Counted from the stretch's first letter, positions 53,450 through 62,957 are shown. The stretch is 64,000 nt of DNA from Nitrospirota bacterium (GCA_963788195.1 CAWBGA010000013.1:352001-416000); one strand, 5' to 3'. Numbers and translations: made by a program. The notes: generated from the sequence alone by a model not told the origin.

Positions 53450-55366
53450 TTACTGAGTCCGACTGCCCAGCACCGCATACGCGGCGACTGTCTGGTCCTT
53501 TCCCTTGAGCCGTATTTCTCCAATCCGCAATGTCTCGAACTCGTCTCTTAGCCGTTGCACCGTCGCTTCGCTGATCAAAATGCGGCAAGGGCTTGTGGCT
53601 GAATTCGGAAGCACGAGGGCCTTATCAAAACTCTCCAATCTCGATGCGATATTCACAGTATCGCCGACCGTCGTGTACTTCAATCGATGAGCGCTGCCCA
53701 GACTGCCGGCGACGACAGAGCCGGTGCAGATGCCAATGCGCATCCGCAAGGCAGGAAGAGTTTTTTCCCGATGTAAAGCATTCAATCGCAGTAGCGCCTG
53801 CTCTATCGCAAGCGCGCACTTCACGGCATTCACCGCATCGCGTCGTATCTGGTCGTCGGTGTTTCTGGCCAGTGGCACGCCAAAGTCGGCCTTTATTCCG
53901 TCACCGAAGTAGTCATCAACCAGACCGCCATGGTCCATCACGAGAGTTGCAATCGTCTCCATATAGCCATTGACCCAATCCATGAGAGTTTGCGGGTCCA
54001 TCTTCTCGGAGACCATTGAAAATCCCGCGAGGTCCGTAAACATCACCGTGGCCGTTAACTTTTGAGGTCTCGGCCGCCCGGCGTCAAGAAACTCGTCACG
54101 GTGGTTCCACGCGGCTTCGGCCACCTCCGGCGAGACGTGCTTTGAAAACAATTGCATCAATATCGTTCGCTGCTTCTCCACGCGGGCCTGCTCATTTCGC
54201 TCGAACACCACCCGGTAGACCAGCGACGCGGCAAAAGACCACAAGATCGCGCCGGCAGGATAGACAAGGTTCACGATGATCCCACGTTCGAACAAAATGA
54301 CGGCCGCTGCCAGGTACCCGCCCATAAGTCCCAGCACTGTCAGGGTTGCCGCCATGGGTCGGAGAAGCGCCACCAGCAATCCGGTCAGGAGAGCCAGGAG
54401 CACGATCGACACGATGGTGATCGGAGGCGGTACATGCATGAGGTAACGCTGGGCGAGCAAGGTTTCGATCGCATTGGCGAGGACCTCGACGCCCCACATT
54501 CTCCTCTCATCGGTCGTTGGAGTTGAGAATTCATCCAGCCCGCCAATGGTCAGACCCAACAACACAATCTTGTCCCTCACCAATTGGCGATCAAAGGTGT
54601 CTTTGAGGACATCGATAAGAGGGATAATGGGGAAGGCGCCTGCGCGCTCCGGGGCAGATGGACCGCCCAGGAAGTTAATAAGCATACTGCCGGCTTCTGT
54701 AAGAGGGATAGCGCGACCCGCCGCATAGACGGTGCTTGACGTGGCCGGCATGTCAATCACCGTGGTCCGCCTGACGAATGGTGTGATCGCCGCTAAGGCA
54801 AGCGCGGGCAGATCCTCTCCCGCCGCGCGCAGCAGTATTGGCATGCCGCGGACTACGGTATCGGCGTCGGTCGTGAGGTTCGTGACTCCTTCGGCATGGC
54901 CGGCCTCCCTGATTACCGGGGTCGGCCGGACGAATACGTGAAACTCCTGGGCCACCCCCGGCGCTGGGCGGAGAGCCTTGGGGCCCTGGGCTTCGACGGG
55001 AGTAACAATATTGCCGGTCCGGCGCATCGCTGTTGCGACATCCGGATCCTCTGGCTTGGGGAGGTCAAAAAAAATGTCCAACACCACCACCCGTGCGCCT
55101 GCCTTGTGTAGGGTATCCAGGGCGGTCGCGTAGAGCGTACGCGGCCAGTTGAACATCGCCCCGTATCGGGGAATCAGTTCCCGGTAGCTACGCTCGTCAA
55201 CTCCGACGATCACCGTTGATTGCGCGTGCGCCTGCGGGCGCGACTGGAACAAGAGATCTGTGCTCCGTAGCTGCGCTGTTCTAAGGAAATGCGCCAGGTA
55301 TGCGCTCATCAATACTACGGCCACGATAAATCCCACGATGCTGCTGACGACCAGGCGCCTGCGCAC
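53450..55366 (-). CDS. CHASE2-domain class III nucleotide cyclase
   Basis: GGAGG + GTG at 55366; CHASE2 (WPR, DIFF, DADTVVR, GVEVLAN), TM helices, FTDLAGFS, GDG, GDTVNIASRLES. Confidence 0.92.
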   Translation of the reverse strand: MRRRLVVSSIVGFIVAVVLMSAYLAHFLRTAQLRSTDLLFQSRPQAHAQSTVIVGVDERSYRELIPRYGAMFNWPRTLYATALDTLHKAGARVVVLDIFFDLPKPEDPDVATAMRRTGNIVTPVEAQGPKALRPAPGVAQEFHVFVRPTPVIREAGHAEGVTNLTTDADTVVRGMPILLRAAGEDLPALALAAITPFVRRTTVIDMPATSSTVYAAGRAIPLTEAGSMLINFLGGPSAPERAGAFPIIPLIDVLKDTFDRQLVRDKIVLLGLTIGGLDEFSTPTTDERRMWGVEVLANAIETLLAQRYLMHVPPPITIVSIVLLALLTGLLVALLRPMAATLTVLGLMGGYLAAAVILFERGIIVNLVYPAGAILWSFAASLVYRVVFERNEQARVEKQRTILMQLFSKHVSPEVAEAAWNHRDEFLDAGRPRPQKLTATVMFTDLAGFSMVSEKMDPQTLMDWVNGYMETIATLVMDHGGLVDDYFGDGIKADFGVPLARNTDDQIRRDAVNAVKCALAIEQALLRLNALHREKTLPALRMRIGICTGSVVAGSLGSAHRLKYTTVGDTVNIASRLESFDKALVLPNSATSPCRILISEATVQRLRDEFETLRIGEIRLKGKDQTVAAYAVLGSRTQ

Positions 55367-55422
55367 ACTGCTACCTCCGTCATTCGAGCCCGTCGAGAAC
55401 CGCTCGAACCGCAGGAGAGAAT

Positions 55423-56922
55423 TCAGGGGTGTGCCTCTAATGCCTTTGCCTGGAGCACCCTGCGAATCTCCAACAGTGCGAGGGTGTCTCGCTTGCAATA
55501 CTCCAGGAGTGAGGCCCGAATGCGTGTCTTCTCGGAAGCGTCGACCTTGCCAAACGCCATTCGGTAATACTGTAGAGCGGCAAGGCCGCCGTGTTGGATC
55601 GCAAGATTAGCGTAATCAAGAGACGGCGCCAGGGCGGGAAGAATGACCTTGATGGAGAAGGAGCCTTCGAACGCGGGATGATAATAGTGCCGCCGGACGA
55701 TCGGCAGGAGATCCCAGAGGCGGGCCGCAAGCGCACCCAACTGTCGTCTCAGGGTCGGAATGGCCTCGGCCAGATCCATTAAGATTCGCCATTCATAACC
55801 GGAGTACACACAGATGCTGCCGTCACGGCCGAGGGTTCGCAGCAGGGCGACTGCGAGCTCTTCACGGGGATCTCCGTCATCAGCGCACAAGTATTGCGTG
55901 TGGTGGACGATTCCATTTTCGTGTTCGGTATGGTTGGACCATTGAAAAGGCAGTGTCTGATAGGGCCTCGTCCCAGGAAAGAGCGGCACGGGTGGCATGA
56001 AGCCCTCAAAATCGAGGTGGTGCACCGGATATCGGACCGCTTGTAGCGCGGCTTTTAAATCCGGTCCGATCCACTCCACGTTGTCCTTCATGCGTTGTTG
56101 CGCGCCGGAGAGTCTGAACTCATCAGGAATCGCGTCAATCGTGTTGACACCCTGTTCTGAAAGCTTGTCAAACGTGCGCTTGGGGCCGGGCAGATAGAAT
56201 ACCCAGCGGGGATCCTTTGCCTGTGTACAGTGATCCCAGAACGGGCAGACATAGGGAGCGTGACAGTGGTGACCTGGTTCCACCGAGGGAACAGAGGGCT
56301 CCATCAGCATTGCCTTCATGGACGCAAGTCGAACGGGAACGTCGGCGAGACGGCTCGATACCTCCGGCATCACGTCTTGTTCAACGAACAGGCGGTCGAG
56401 GTCAACCTTGCCTCCTCCGTAGACATAGGCGCGGTTCAAGTACATGAGGGAAATACCGTCGAGCCTCAGCCCGGACCCCCGCACCACATGGGCCTGAATC
56501 GCCAGATCGTCCAGATGAATATCTTTCACGCGCGTAGACGCTTTGACTTCGATGAGACGCCATCCCTGCCCATCGGATTCGTTCCGTGCCAGGATGTCTA
56601 CGCGCACCAGTACGTTGTCGTACTTCAGTGTGGCCTCGAAGATCGCCGGAACGCGGGGATCATTCAGCAACTCTTCCGTGCGACGCAGCGCCGCGCGGAG
56701 ATTTCCGTGGCCGCAATCGACGAATACGCCTCCCGGAAACCGCCTGCGCGCCACTTCGCCGACATCCGTGCCCGCCTCCAAGACGGCCTGTCTCTCTGCA
56801 TCCGGGGCGGCGGCGAGGTCTGGAGAGTGAATCTCGAGATATAGGCGCTTATGACACTGCAAGCCCGAAATGTATTTGGATTTGGAGAGCCGCGGTTCGA
56901 CAGGAAACAGGGTTAACTGCAT
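55423..56922 (-). CDS. DUF2779-type protein: PD-(D/E)XK nuclease with Cys cluster fused to RNase H-like/DEDD domain
   Basis: GAGGTG + ATG at 56922; LSKSKYISGLQCHKRL, RVDIL...IEVKAST...DLAIQ, HCHAPYVCPFWDHC, HLDFE, PFQWS, SFSIK, YCKRDT. Confidence 0.8.
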   Translation of the reverse strand: MQLTLFPVEPRLSKSKYISGLQCHKRLYLEIHSPDLAAAPDAERQAVLEAGTDVGEVARRRFPGGVFVDCGHGNLRAALRRTEELLNDPRVPAIFEATLKYDNVLVRVDILARNESDGQGWRLIEVKASTRVKDIHLDDLAIQAHVVRGSGLRLDGISLMYLNRAYVYGGGKVDLDRLFVEQDVMPEVSSRLADVPVRLASMKAMLMEPSVPSVEPGHHCHAPYVCPFWDHCTQAKDPRWVFYLPGPKRTFDKLSEQGVNTIDAIPDEFRLSGAQQRMKDNVEWIGPDLKAALQAVRYPVHHLDFEGFMPPVPLFPGTRPYQTLPFQWSNHTEHENGIVHHTQYLCADDGDPREELAVALLRTLGRDGSICVYSGYEWRILMDLAEAIPTLRRQLGALAARLWDLLPIVRRHYYHPAFEGSFSIKVILPALAPSLDYANLAIQHGGLAALQYYRMAFGKVDASEKTRIRASLLEYCKRDTLALLEIRRVLQAKALEAHP

Positions 56923-56935
56923 CACACCTCTGGGC

Positions 56936-57457
56936 TCAATTTTCTGCCGGGAGCTCTCGGAGGAGTCCGGAACAGGTCCCGCAGCGGTGACGACCCGGTC
57001 TGATTGTCCGGCGATGACGATGGTAGACTTGTCCACAGCGCAGACAGTGCCAGGTATATCGGCGCAGACTACGAACACCATCTGCGAGGGAATGCCGCAC
57101 GGTGATGCTGAAGCCCGACCGATTCATCGCCGCCATCATCCGTCTAAAGTCGTCGCCATGATCGGGCCTACGTTTGAGGACATCATATTGCCACTGATGG
57201 ATCATTTCATGCGCCAGCGTGCTGTCCAGTTCCGCCGGGGGTTGATTGGAAAGCAAGGGAATCGAGAGACGAATGAGGCGGCGCTCAAATCTTACGTCGG
57301 ATGACCGCAGAGGGGTGCGGGGTCCTTCTGTGATAAACAGAGCAGCCGAGGACGTGAGACGCGGGCTCCATATGATTGAGATCGGGGAGAGAGCATTGTC
57401 AAAGTATCGGCCGTTGAATATCCGCCAACTGGCTTGCAGTTCGTCAGGGGTGAGCAT
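56936..57457 (-). CDS. SprT-like zinc metalloprotease with zinc ribbon
   Basis: FNGRYF, TLAHEMIH, HGDDF, CLRC...CGTC. Confidence 0.88.
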   Translation of the reverse strand: MLTPDELQASWRIFNGRYFDNALSPISIIWSPRLTSSAALFITEGPRTPLRSSDVRFERRLIRLSIPLLSNQPPAELDSTLAHEMIHQWQYDVLKRRPDHGDDFRRMMAAMNRSGFSITVRHSLADGVRSLRRYTWHCLRCGQVYHRHRRTIRPGRHRCGTCSGLLRELPAEN

Positions 57458-57507
57458 GCTGCCAGGCCTGACTTAACACAAACTGCATGAGAGGTCACGA
57501 GGAATTT

Positions 57508-57989
57508 CTCGGGAATGTGCTCCGTGGGTCGGACAGCGATCGGCTGCTGCCGTGCGACGCTCCGCCAAAACGACCCGTTGCATTGGGCTGAGCAACGGGT
57601 TCCCCGGCAAGTCGCTGCGCACGCCACAGCCGAATCGCTGCTGGGAAGGGAGAAAAGCGAGCGTGCGCTTGGCGTCACCCACTTTGCCTATTCCCTCGCC
57701 GTGGTGTGTGGGACGGGAGAAAGATCTGAACAGACGGGGGCCTCGGGAATGTGCTCCGTGGGCCTGACCTTGATCGGCTGATGCCGTGCGGCGCTCCGCC
57801 AAAACGACCCGTTGCATTGGGCTGAGCAACGGGTTCCCCGGCAAGTCGCTGCGCACGCCCCTCGGGACAAGAGGCTGTCTTGGCAGCCTCGGGGCGGGCG
57901 GGTGCAATACTAGATCGCTGCTGGGAAGGGAGAAAAGCGAGCGTGCGCTTGGCGTCACCCACTTTGCCTATTCCCTCGCCGTGGTGTGT
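57508..57989. repeat. Direct duplication of two structured modules (A 118 bp, B 76 bp) with a G-tract/hairpin unit between A and B in the second copy
   Basis: A: 57508-57625 vs 57742-57859 (7 mismatches by eye). B: 57634-57709 vs 57914-57989 (identical). The spacer is 8 nt in copy 1 and 54 nt in copy 2. Confidence 0.92.
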
Positions 57990-58100
57990 AAGTGAACAAG
58001 CACGGAATGACGCGAGTCGGATTTTTACGGGACACAGTTGCTCCGGCAGATCAATCTCTAGTACAAGAATGTAGGACGGCAGTTTCACACGGAAAGAACA

Positions 58101-59786
58101 ATGGCGACGAATGACAAACAAATCATTTTCTCCCTCATTGGCGTTGGGCGGGTCCAGCCGCCCAAGCGACAGGTGCTGAAGGACATCTATCTGTCGTTTT
58201 ATTACGGAGCCAAAATCGGGGTACTTGGGGCGAATGGCTCCGGTAAGAGCACGTTGTTGCGGATCATCGCCGGCGTGGACAAGGACTTCACCGGTGAGAT
58301 GACTTTCTCCAAAGGGTACTCGGTGGGCCTATTGGAACAAGAGCCTCAACTTGATCCCAATAAGACCGTCAAGGAGATCGTGCAAGAGGGGCGGCCCGAG
58401 GTGATCGCGATGCTTCAGGAGTACGAGGCAACAAGCGAGAAGCTCGGCCAAGATATTTCGGCCTCGGAGATGGACACGCTTATCGCAAGGCAGGGTGCAT
58501 TACAAGAGAAGATCGATGCCGTCAACGGCTGGGAATTGGAAAATCAGCTTGAGGTGGCGATGGATGCATTGCGCTGTCCGCCCCCTGACACCAAAGTGGG
58601 GATTCTATCGGGGGGAGAGAAACGCCGTGTGGCTCTCTGTCGGTTGCTGCTCCAGGAACCCGATATCCTATTGCTCGATGAGCCGACCAATCATCTCGAT
58701 GCGGAGTCGGTGCAGTGGTTGGAGCAACATTTGCAGCAGTACAAAGGCACCATCATTGCGGTAACGCATGACCGCTATTTTTTGGACAACGTGGCGGGTT
58801 GGATTTTGGAATTAGACCGTGGGCAAGGCATCCCGTTCCAAGGGAATTATTCTTCGTGGCTCGAGCAAAAACAGGCGCGCCTCGATCGGGAAGAGAAGTC
58901 CGATGTCAGGCGCCGAAGGACGCTTGAGCGCGAGCTGGAATGGATCCGGATGGCGCCGAAGGCCCGCCATGCCAAGGGCAAGGCGCGCATCACCCGATAT
59001 GAAGAGCTGCTGAACGCTGAGCAGGAGAAGACAGCCGGAGAGTTGGAGATCTATATTCCCTCGGGACCTCGCCTGGGGGACATCGTGCTGGAGGCCAAGG
59101 CATTGACGAAGGCATACGGGGACAGGGTCGTCTTTGAGAATCTGACATTCACCCTTCCGCGCGGTGGAGTCGTTGGGGTCATCGGCCCAAATGGAGCCGG
59201 CAAGACCACCCTCTTTCGGATCATCATCGGGGCGCTACTCCCGGATGGGGGTTCGCTTACGCTTGGGGAAACGGTCAAAATCGGCTATGTGGACCAGGAT
59301 CGTGCCCTGGACGAGAACAAGACGGTCTGGGAAGTGATCTCGGAGGGCCACGACATCCTCACGCTTGGGAAAATAGAAGTCAATTCTCGCGCCTACTGCG
59401 GGCGCTTCAACCTGACCGGCGCAGATCAACAGAAAAAAGTGAAGGAGCTCTCGGGTGGCGAACGCAACCGTGTGCACTTGGCCAGAATGCTCAAGCAAGG
59501 TGCAAATCTTCTCCTCCTCGATGAGCCCACAAACGACCTCGATGTAACCACCTTGCGAGCCCTGGAGGAGGGTCTGGAGCGCTTTGGGGGCTGCTGCGTC
59601 GTGATCAGTCACGATCGATGGTTTCTGGATCGCATCGCCACGCATATCCTTGCGTTTGAGGACGAGGCCAGAGCGGTGTGGTTCGAAGGGAACTATAGCG
59701 AGTACGAAGTGGACCGGAAGAAGCGTTTAGGAAAACAGGCGGAACGGCCGCACCGCCTACGCTATAAGAGCCTCACTCGACAGTGA
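58101..59786 (+). CDS. ettA: ABC-F energy-dependent translational throttle protein
   Basis: [16 protein letters not shown], two ABC domains, LEQKQARL...[19 protein letters not shown] linker. Confidence 0.95.
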   Translation: MATNDKQIIFSLIGVGRVQPPKRQVLKDIYLSFYYGAKIGVLGANGSGKSTLLRIIAGVDKDFTGEMTFSKGYSVGLLEQEPQLDPNKTVKEIVQEGRPEVIAMLQEYEATSEKLGQDISASEMDTLIARQGALQEKIDAVNGWELENQLEVAMDALRCPPPDTKVGILSGGEKRRVALCRLLLQEPDILLLDEPTNHLDAESVQWLEQHLQQYKGTIIAVTHDRYFLDNVAGWILELDRGQGIPFQGNYSSWLEQKQARLDREEKSDVRRRRTLERELEWIRMAPKARHAKGKARITRYEELLNAEQEKTAGELEIYIPSGPRLGDIVLEAKALTKAYGDRVVFENLTFTLPRGGVVGVIGPNGAGKTTLFRIIIGALLPDGGSLTLGETVKIGYVDQDRALDENKTVWEVISEGHDILTLGKIEVNSRAYCGRFNLTGADQQKKVKELSGGERNRVHLARMLKQGANLLLLDEPTNDLDVTTLRALEEGLERFGGCCVVISHDRWFLDRIATHILAFEDEARAVWFEGNYSEYEVDRKKRLGKQAERPHRLRYKSLTRQ

Positions 59787-59803
59787 ACCTGGAAGAACCC
59801 GGC

Positions 59804-61090
59804 TTAGCGTGTAGGGACACTTACTTGCACGGCCACGGGCGCAGGCACCACGGCGGCGATCGGTGTCTTCGTGCGCACAACGGCATCCCGGATCTTTACC
59901 TGCCATCCGTCGGTATCAGGCATGCTCTTTGAGTACTCGAGGAAACTGCCCCAGGTGGTGAGGGCTTGAGCCAGTAGACCTTTGGCTTCCTGCGCGAGGC
60001 CGAGTTCATACGCCAGCATCGCAGAGTTCGGCTCCTGCCCCTGAGCTTCCAGCATGGCCACAATCGCGTCATCGTATCGGCCCAGGGCTGCATATGCTAC
60101 CCCGACGTGCCGTAGAAGTCGGGCATCATGAGGACGAAGAGCCAGAGCAGCCTCGTAATGATAGACCGCGAGGTTGTAGAGATCGACATCTTTCGGCAAG
60201 ATCTGGGCGATGGTAAACAGCACATGACCTGTGGCAAATGACCGACCCGCTGACGGCAGTAATTCTCCATGACGGACTTCGCTCGGCGATGGGGCTTGGC
60301 CTTCGGCCACCAACTGGTTTTCCCCTAGCCATTCGCGGATCACACTTGTGGGAATGGCATACCCGATGCCGGATCGAATCATGACACTGCCGATGCCCGC
60401 GCCGCTACGGTCCCTCGCCCGCTCTAAATACGGCACTTGCAGCACTACCATGCCGATGACTTCTCCTGATGGCACGTCCACAAGCGGTCCCCCGCTGCTG
60501 CCTTGGTTAATATGCCCCGTGACCTGAACAAACGGCGCAAAACGGTTTCTGGTTCTGGAGCGGCCTTGGATGATTCCGTTGATGTATCCGGGCACAATCG
60601 TCGGATGGAGAGCAAACCCCATATTTAAAATGTCCGTCAGTCGGGGGTAGCCGATCGCCATAACCTCGTTCCCGTCGGGCGGAGCCTGTGCAGCCAGGGT
60701 CAATGAGGGGCCTGTCGCCGGGGGAATTCGTAGGGCTGCGAGATCACGATCCGGGTCGACCACAAGAGTCACCGCGTTTGTATAGACCTCCTCAGTCCCG
60801 ACATACACCAGCACGCGTGAGCTGTCTTCGAGGACGTGGGCGTTGGTGATGACCAGGCCATCGTCGTTCACAATAAATCCACTTCCGATCGACACTGATT
60901 TCGTTTTGTCGTCGATAGCCACCACGAGTACTGTGGCGGCCTTCGAATGGCCGTAGACTTCAGCCTTGGTCGCGGCCGTCACGGGGGTCGCCGGTAGGAG
61001 TATAATATGGAACAGCACGTATGCTGCCACAGACAATGCGTGGAGCCTCTTCAACGGGTGACGACGGTCATGGGATGCTACAGACCTCAT
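59804..61090 (-). CDS. Exported trypsin-like (S1) serine protease with C-terminal TPRs
   Basis: GSGF, TNAHV, DLAAL, INQGSSGGP triad motifs; TPR tail. Start uncertain. Confidence 0.88.
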   Translation of the reverse strand: MRSVASHDRRHPLKRLHALSVAAYVLFHIILLPATPVTAATKAEVYGHSKAATVLVVAIDDKTKSVSIGSGFIVNDDGLVITNAHVLEDSSRVLVYVGTEEVYTNAVTLVVDPDRDLAALRIPPATGPSLTLAAQAPPDGNEVMAIGYPRLTDILNMGFALHPTIVPGYINGIIQGRSRTRNRFAPFVQVTGHINQGSSGGPLVDVPSGEVIGMVVLQVPYLERARDRSGAGIGSVMIRSGIGYAIPTSVIREWLGENQLVAEGQAPSPSEVRHGELLPSAGRSFATGHVLFTIAQILPKDVDLYNLAVYHYEAALALRPHDARLLRHVGVAYAALGRYDDAIVAMLEAQGQEPNSAMLAYELGLAQEAKGLLAQALTTWGSFLEYSKSMPDTDGWQVKIRDAVVRTKTPIAAVVPAPVAVQVSVPTR

Positions 61091-61226
61091 GCCTAAATTA
61101 TCGGCCGGTAGCACATCCCGACTTGAGGTAGAGATGTCACAGGGTTTCAGGCCAAGGACCCTTTTGTCCTTGAACGTCAGAGCAAAACTGCCCACAATGG
61201 GATGAGGTTTTTACGCCGGAGAACAG

Positions 61227-61847
61227 ATGATGAAGATGAAGGTAGGGCTGATGATCGCTGTGCTAGCAATGGTCTCCGAGATTGCCCTTGCACAAAATAA
61301 TACTCTCGGGGGCGGGCTTGGGGACGGCCCACTGCCATGTGCTCCGAGTCGCTCTAATTTCGGCAGCAATTTGGGAACGGGGTCTACTGGATTGACATTA
61401 CCGTATCCGGGGTCACCGCTCTCTCCCAGTTCACCTTTCGCTCCGCCGATTCCTGGTTCCACGCTCACCCCTCCTCTCGGCGGTAACCCTGGAACGGGGA
61501 TTTACTCAGGAAACAGACTCAGTCCAAGTAGCGGCATCAATCCTGGCGCCAGTCTGAATCCCGGAATAGGAGCCATACCTGGAACCGGGGTGAATCCATC
61601 CGGAGGCATCAATCCTGGATCAGGCATCAACCCCGGCGTTGGCATCAATCCGGGGTCAGGCATCAACCCTGGTACGGGGTTGCTTCCCGGTAGCGGTGTG
61701 AATCTCGGTAGTGGGATTTCGCCCGGACTCCAACCAAGTGCGGGTTCCAGTTCAGGCGCGTTTACGGGCAGCGGGTTAAACCCGGGGTCGACCATGAGCC
61801 CTGGAGTGCGCTTTGGCGGCAGCTCTATTTTTGGCAATCCCTGCTGA
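61227..61847 (+). CDS. Secreted Gly/Pro/Ser/Asn-rich hexapeptide-repeat protein
   Basis: Signal peptide ending IALA; 11 contiguous xG(I/V/L)NPG-type units with varied codons. Confidence 0.75.
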   Translation: MMKMKVGLMIAVLAMVSEIALAQNNTLGGGLGDGPLPCAPSRSNFGSNLGTGSTGLTLPYPGSPLSPSSPFAPPIPGSTLTPPLGGNPGTGIYSGNRLSPSSGINPGASLNPGIGAIPGTGVNPSGGINPGSGINPGVGINPGSGINPGTGLLPGSGVNLGSGISPGLQPSAGSSSGAFTGSGLNPGSTMSPGVRFGGSSIFGNPC

Positions 61848-61852
61848 CGCAG

Positions 61853-62014
61853 AAAAAGGGGACAGGCTACTTTGTTTCAGGCATTCTCCACAGACGCCCG
61901 AAAACCGGTAAACAAAGCCCTGTCCCGTTCTTACCATGCAGATTTACAGCGCTCCACGAATCTATCCAATTTCCACTTGCCCGAAACAAAGTAGCCTGTT
62001 TTTCTCCCCTTTTT
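61853..62014. repeat. Inverted repeat pair, REP/MITE-like
   Basis: ACAGGCTACTTTGTTTC (61862-61878) and GAAACAAAGTAGCCTGT (61983-61999) form a perfect 17-bp inverted repeat, flanked by AAAAAGGGG / CCCCTTTTT; a partial third copy is at 61910-61926. Confidence 0.8.
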
Positions 62015-62028
62015 ATAGACCGGAACGA

Positions 62029-62730
62029 TCAGCTGGGGACATTCCTCATGTAGAGTTTGACCTTTGGGAGGTCTGAAGCTTGGAAGGCATTGGACAACCG
62101 CAATCCGACGTATGATTTATGCGGTTTATTTAAAAAGACGCTCGCAGAATTGGGGGCATGCATATTCCAGTGCCCCGAATATTCCAGGCTGCCCGGCAAA
62201 ACAACCGCCACGTGTCCGTGCGGGTCAGACACGTACACCGCGATGACGGGTGCGTTCAAGTTGGCGTATGTCTGTGCCCTGTCCAGCGCGCCTTGGCTTG
62301 ACGCCGGCCCCAGCAGTGTCCATTCGTCCGGATGATTCGCCACGTACCGGGCGATATCATTCGCCACGAGGAATTCATCGGGAACTCCGGGGAGCTCAAA
62401 ATCTGCGATTCCGAACAGTAATTTCAGGGCTTTGGCCAAAAATACATTGCAGGGGCTACTGATATCTAGCCTGTGGGAATGCAAAACGGCACGGAGTTTA
62501 TGCTCGACTTCGCCGCGCCACCGGTCTGCGAGACTGAGCGAATCCGCTACCCAGCCTTCTAACCTGTGCCCTAACTCTAAGAGAGGACTCTCTGGAAACG
62601 ACGGGAAGTCACGGGTCTCTTCTTCCCCTGGAGGAATTTGGGCAAGCGGATGACGAAAATCCCCATGCGCGGCGGTAGCGCCAAGGAGAATCACAAATCC
62701 CGTCAGCAAAAACGTGCGGGATGTGATCAA
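62029..62730 (-). CDS. Exported hypothetical protein, possible Cys-His (NlpC/P60-like) hydrolase
   Basis: Signal peptide ending AHG; PCNVFLAKAL and HGHVAVV motifs. Confidence 0.55.
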   Translation of the reverse strand: MITSRTFLLTGFVILLGATAAHGDFRHPLAQIPPGEEETRDFPSFPESPLLELGHRLEGWVADSLSLADRWRGEVEHKLRAVLHSHRLDISSPCNVFLAKALKLLFGIADFELPGVPDEFLVANDIARYVANHPDEWTLLGPASSQGALDRAQTYANLNAPVIAVYVSDPHGHVAVVLPGSLEYSGHWNMHAPNSASVFLNKPHKSYVGLRLSNAFQASDLPKVKLYMRNVPS

Positions 62731-62957
62731 TGGGGCAACAATGTTTTGTCAGTCATTACCTTAGTATACCAGCAAACGCGATGCCAGGCGACGGCACTCC
62801 GGTCTTCAAACTGAAAATGTTATACTTCGAATGATTGAGAATGTCCAGGGCAATTGCTCGCAACCCAAAAGTAGAATCGCTTCTCCTTGGAGTATACAAA
62901 ATCGCACTGGGAGTAGGCGGTTACATTCAGCACTTTAACGTAATTACTACTCAATCC

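Noticed and set aside
55423..56922. Calling the DUF2779 protein Cas4
   Set aside because: It shares the nuclease/Cys-staple layout but has an extra exonuclease-like domain, and there is no cas1/cas2 or array.
57292..58121. Duplicated small ORFs (MTPSARSLFSLPSS..., MRRSAKTTRC...)
   Set aside because: By-products of the A/B duplication; frames diverge between copies.
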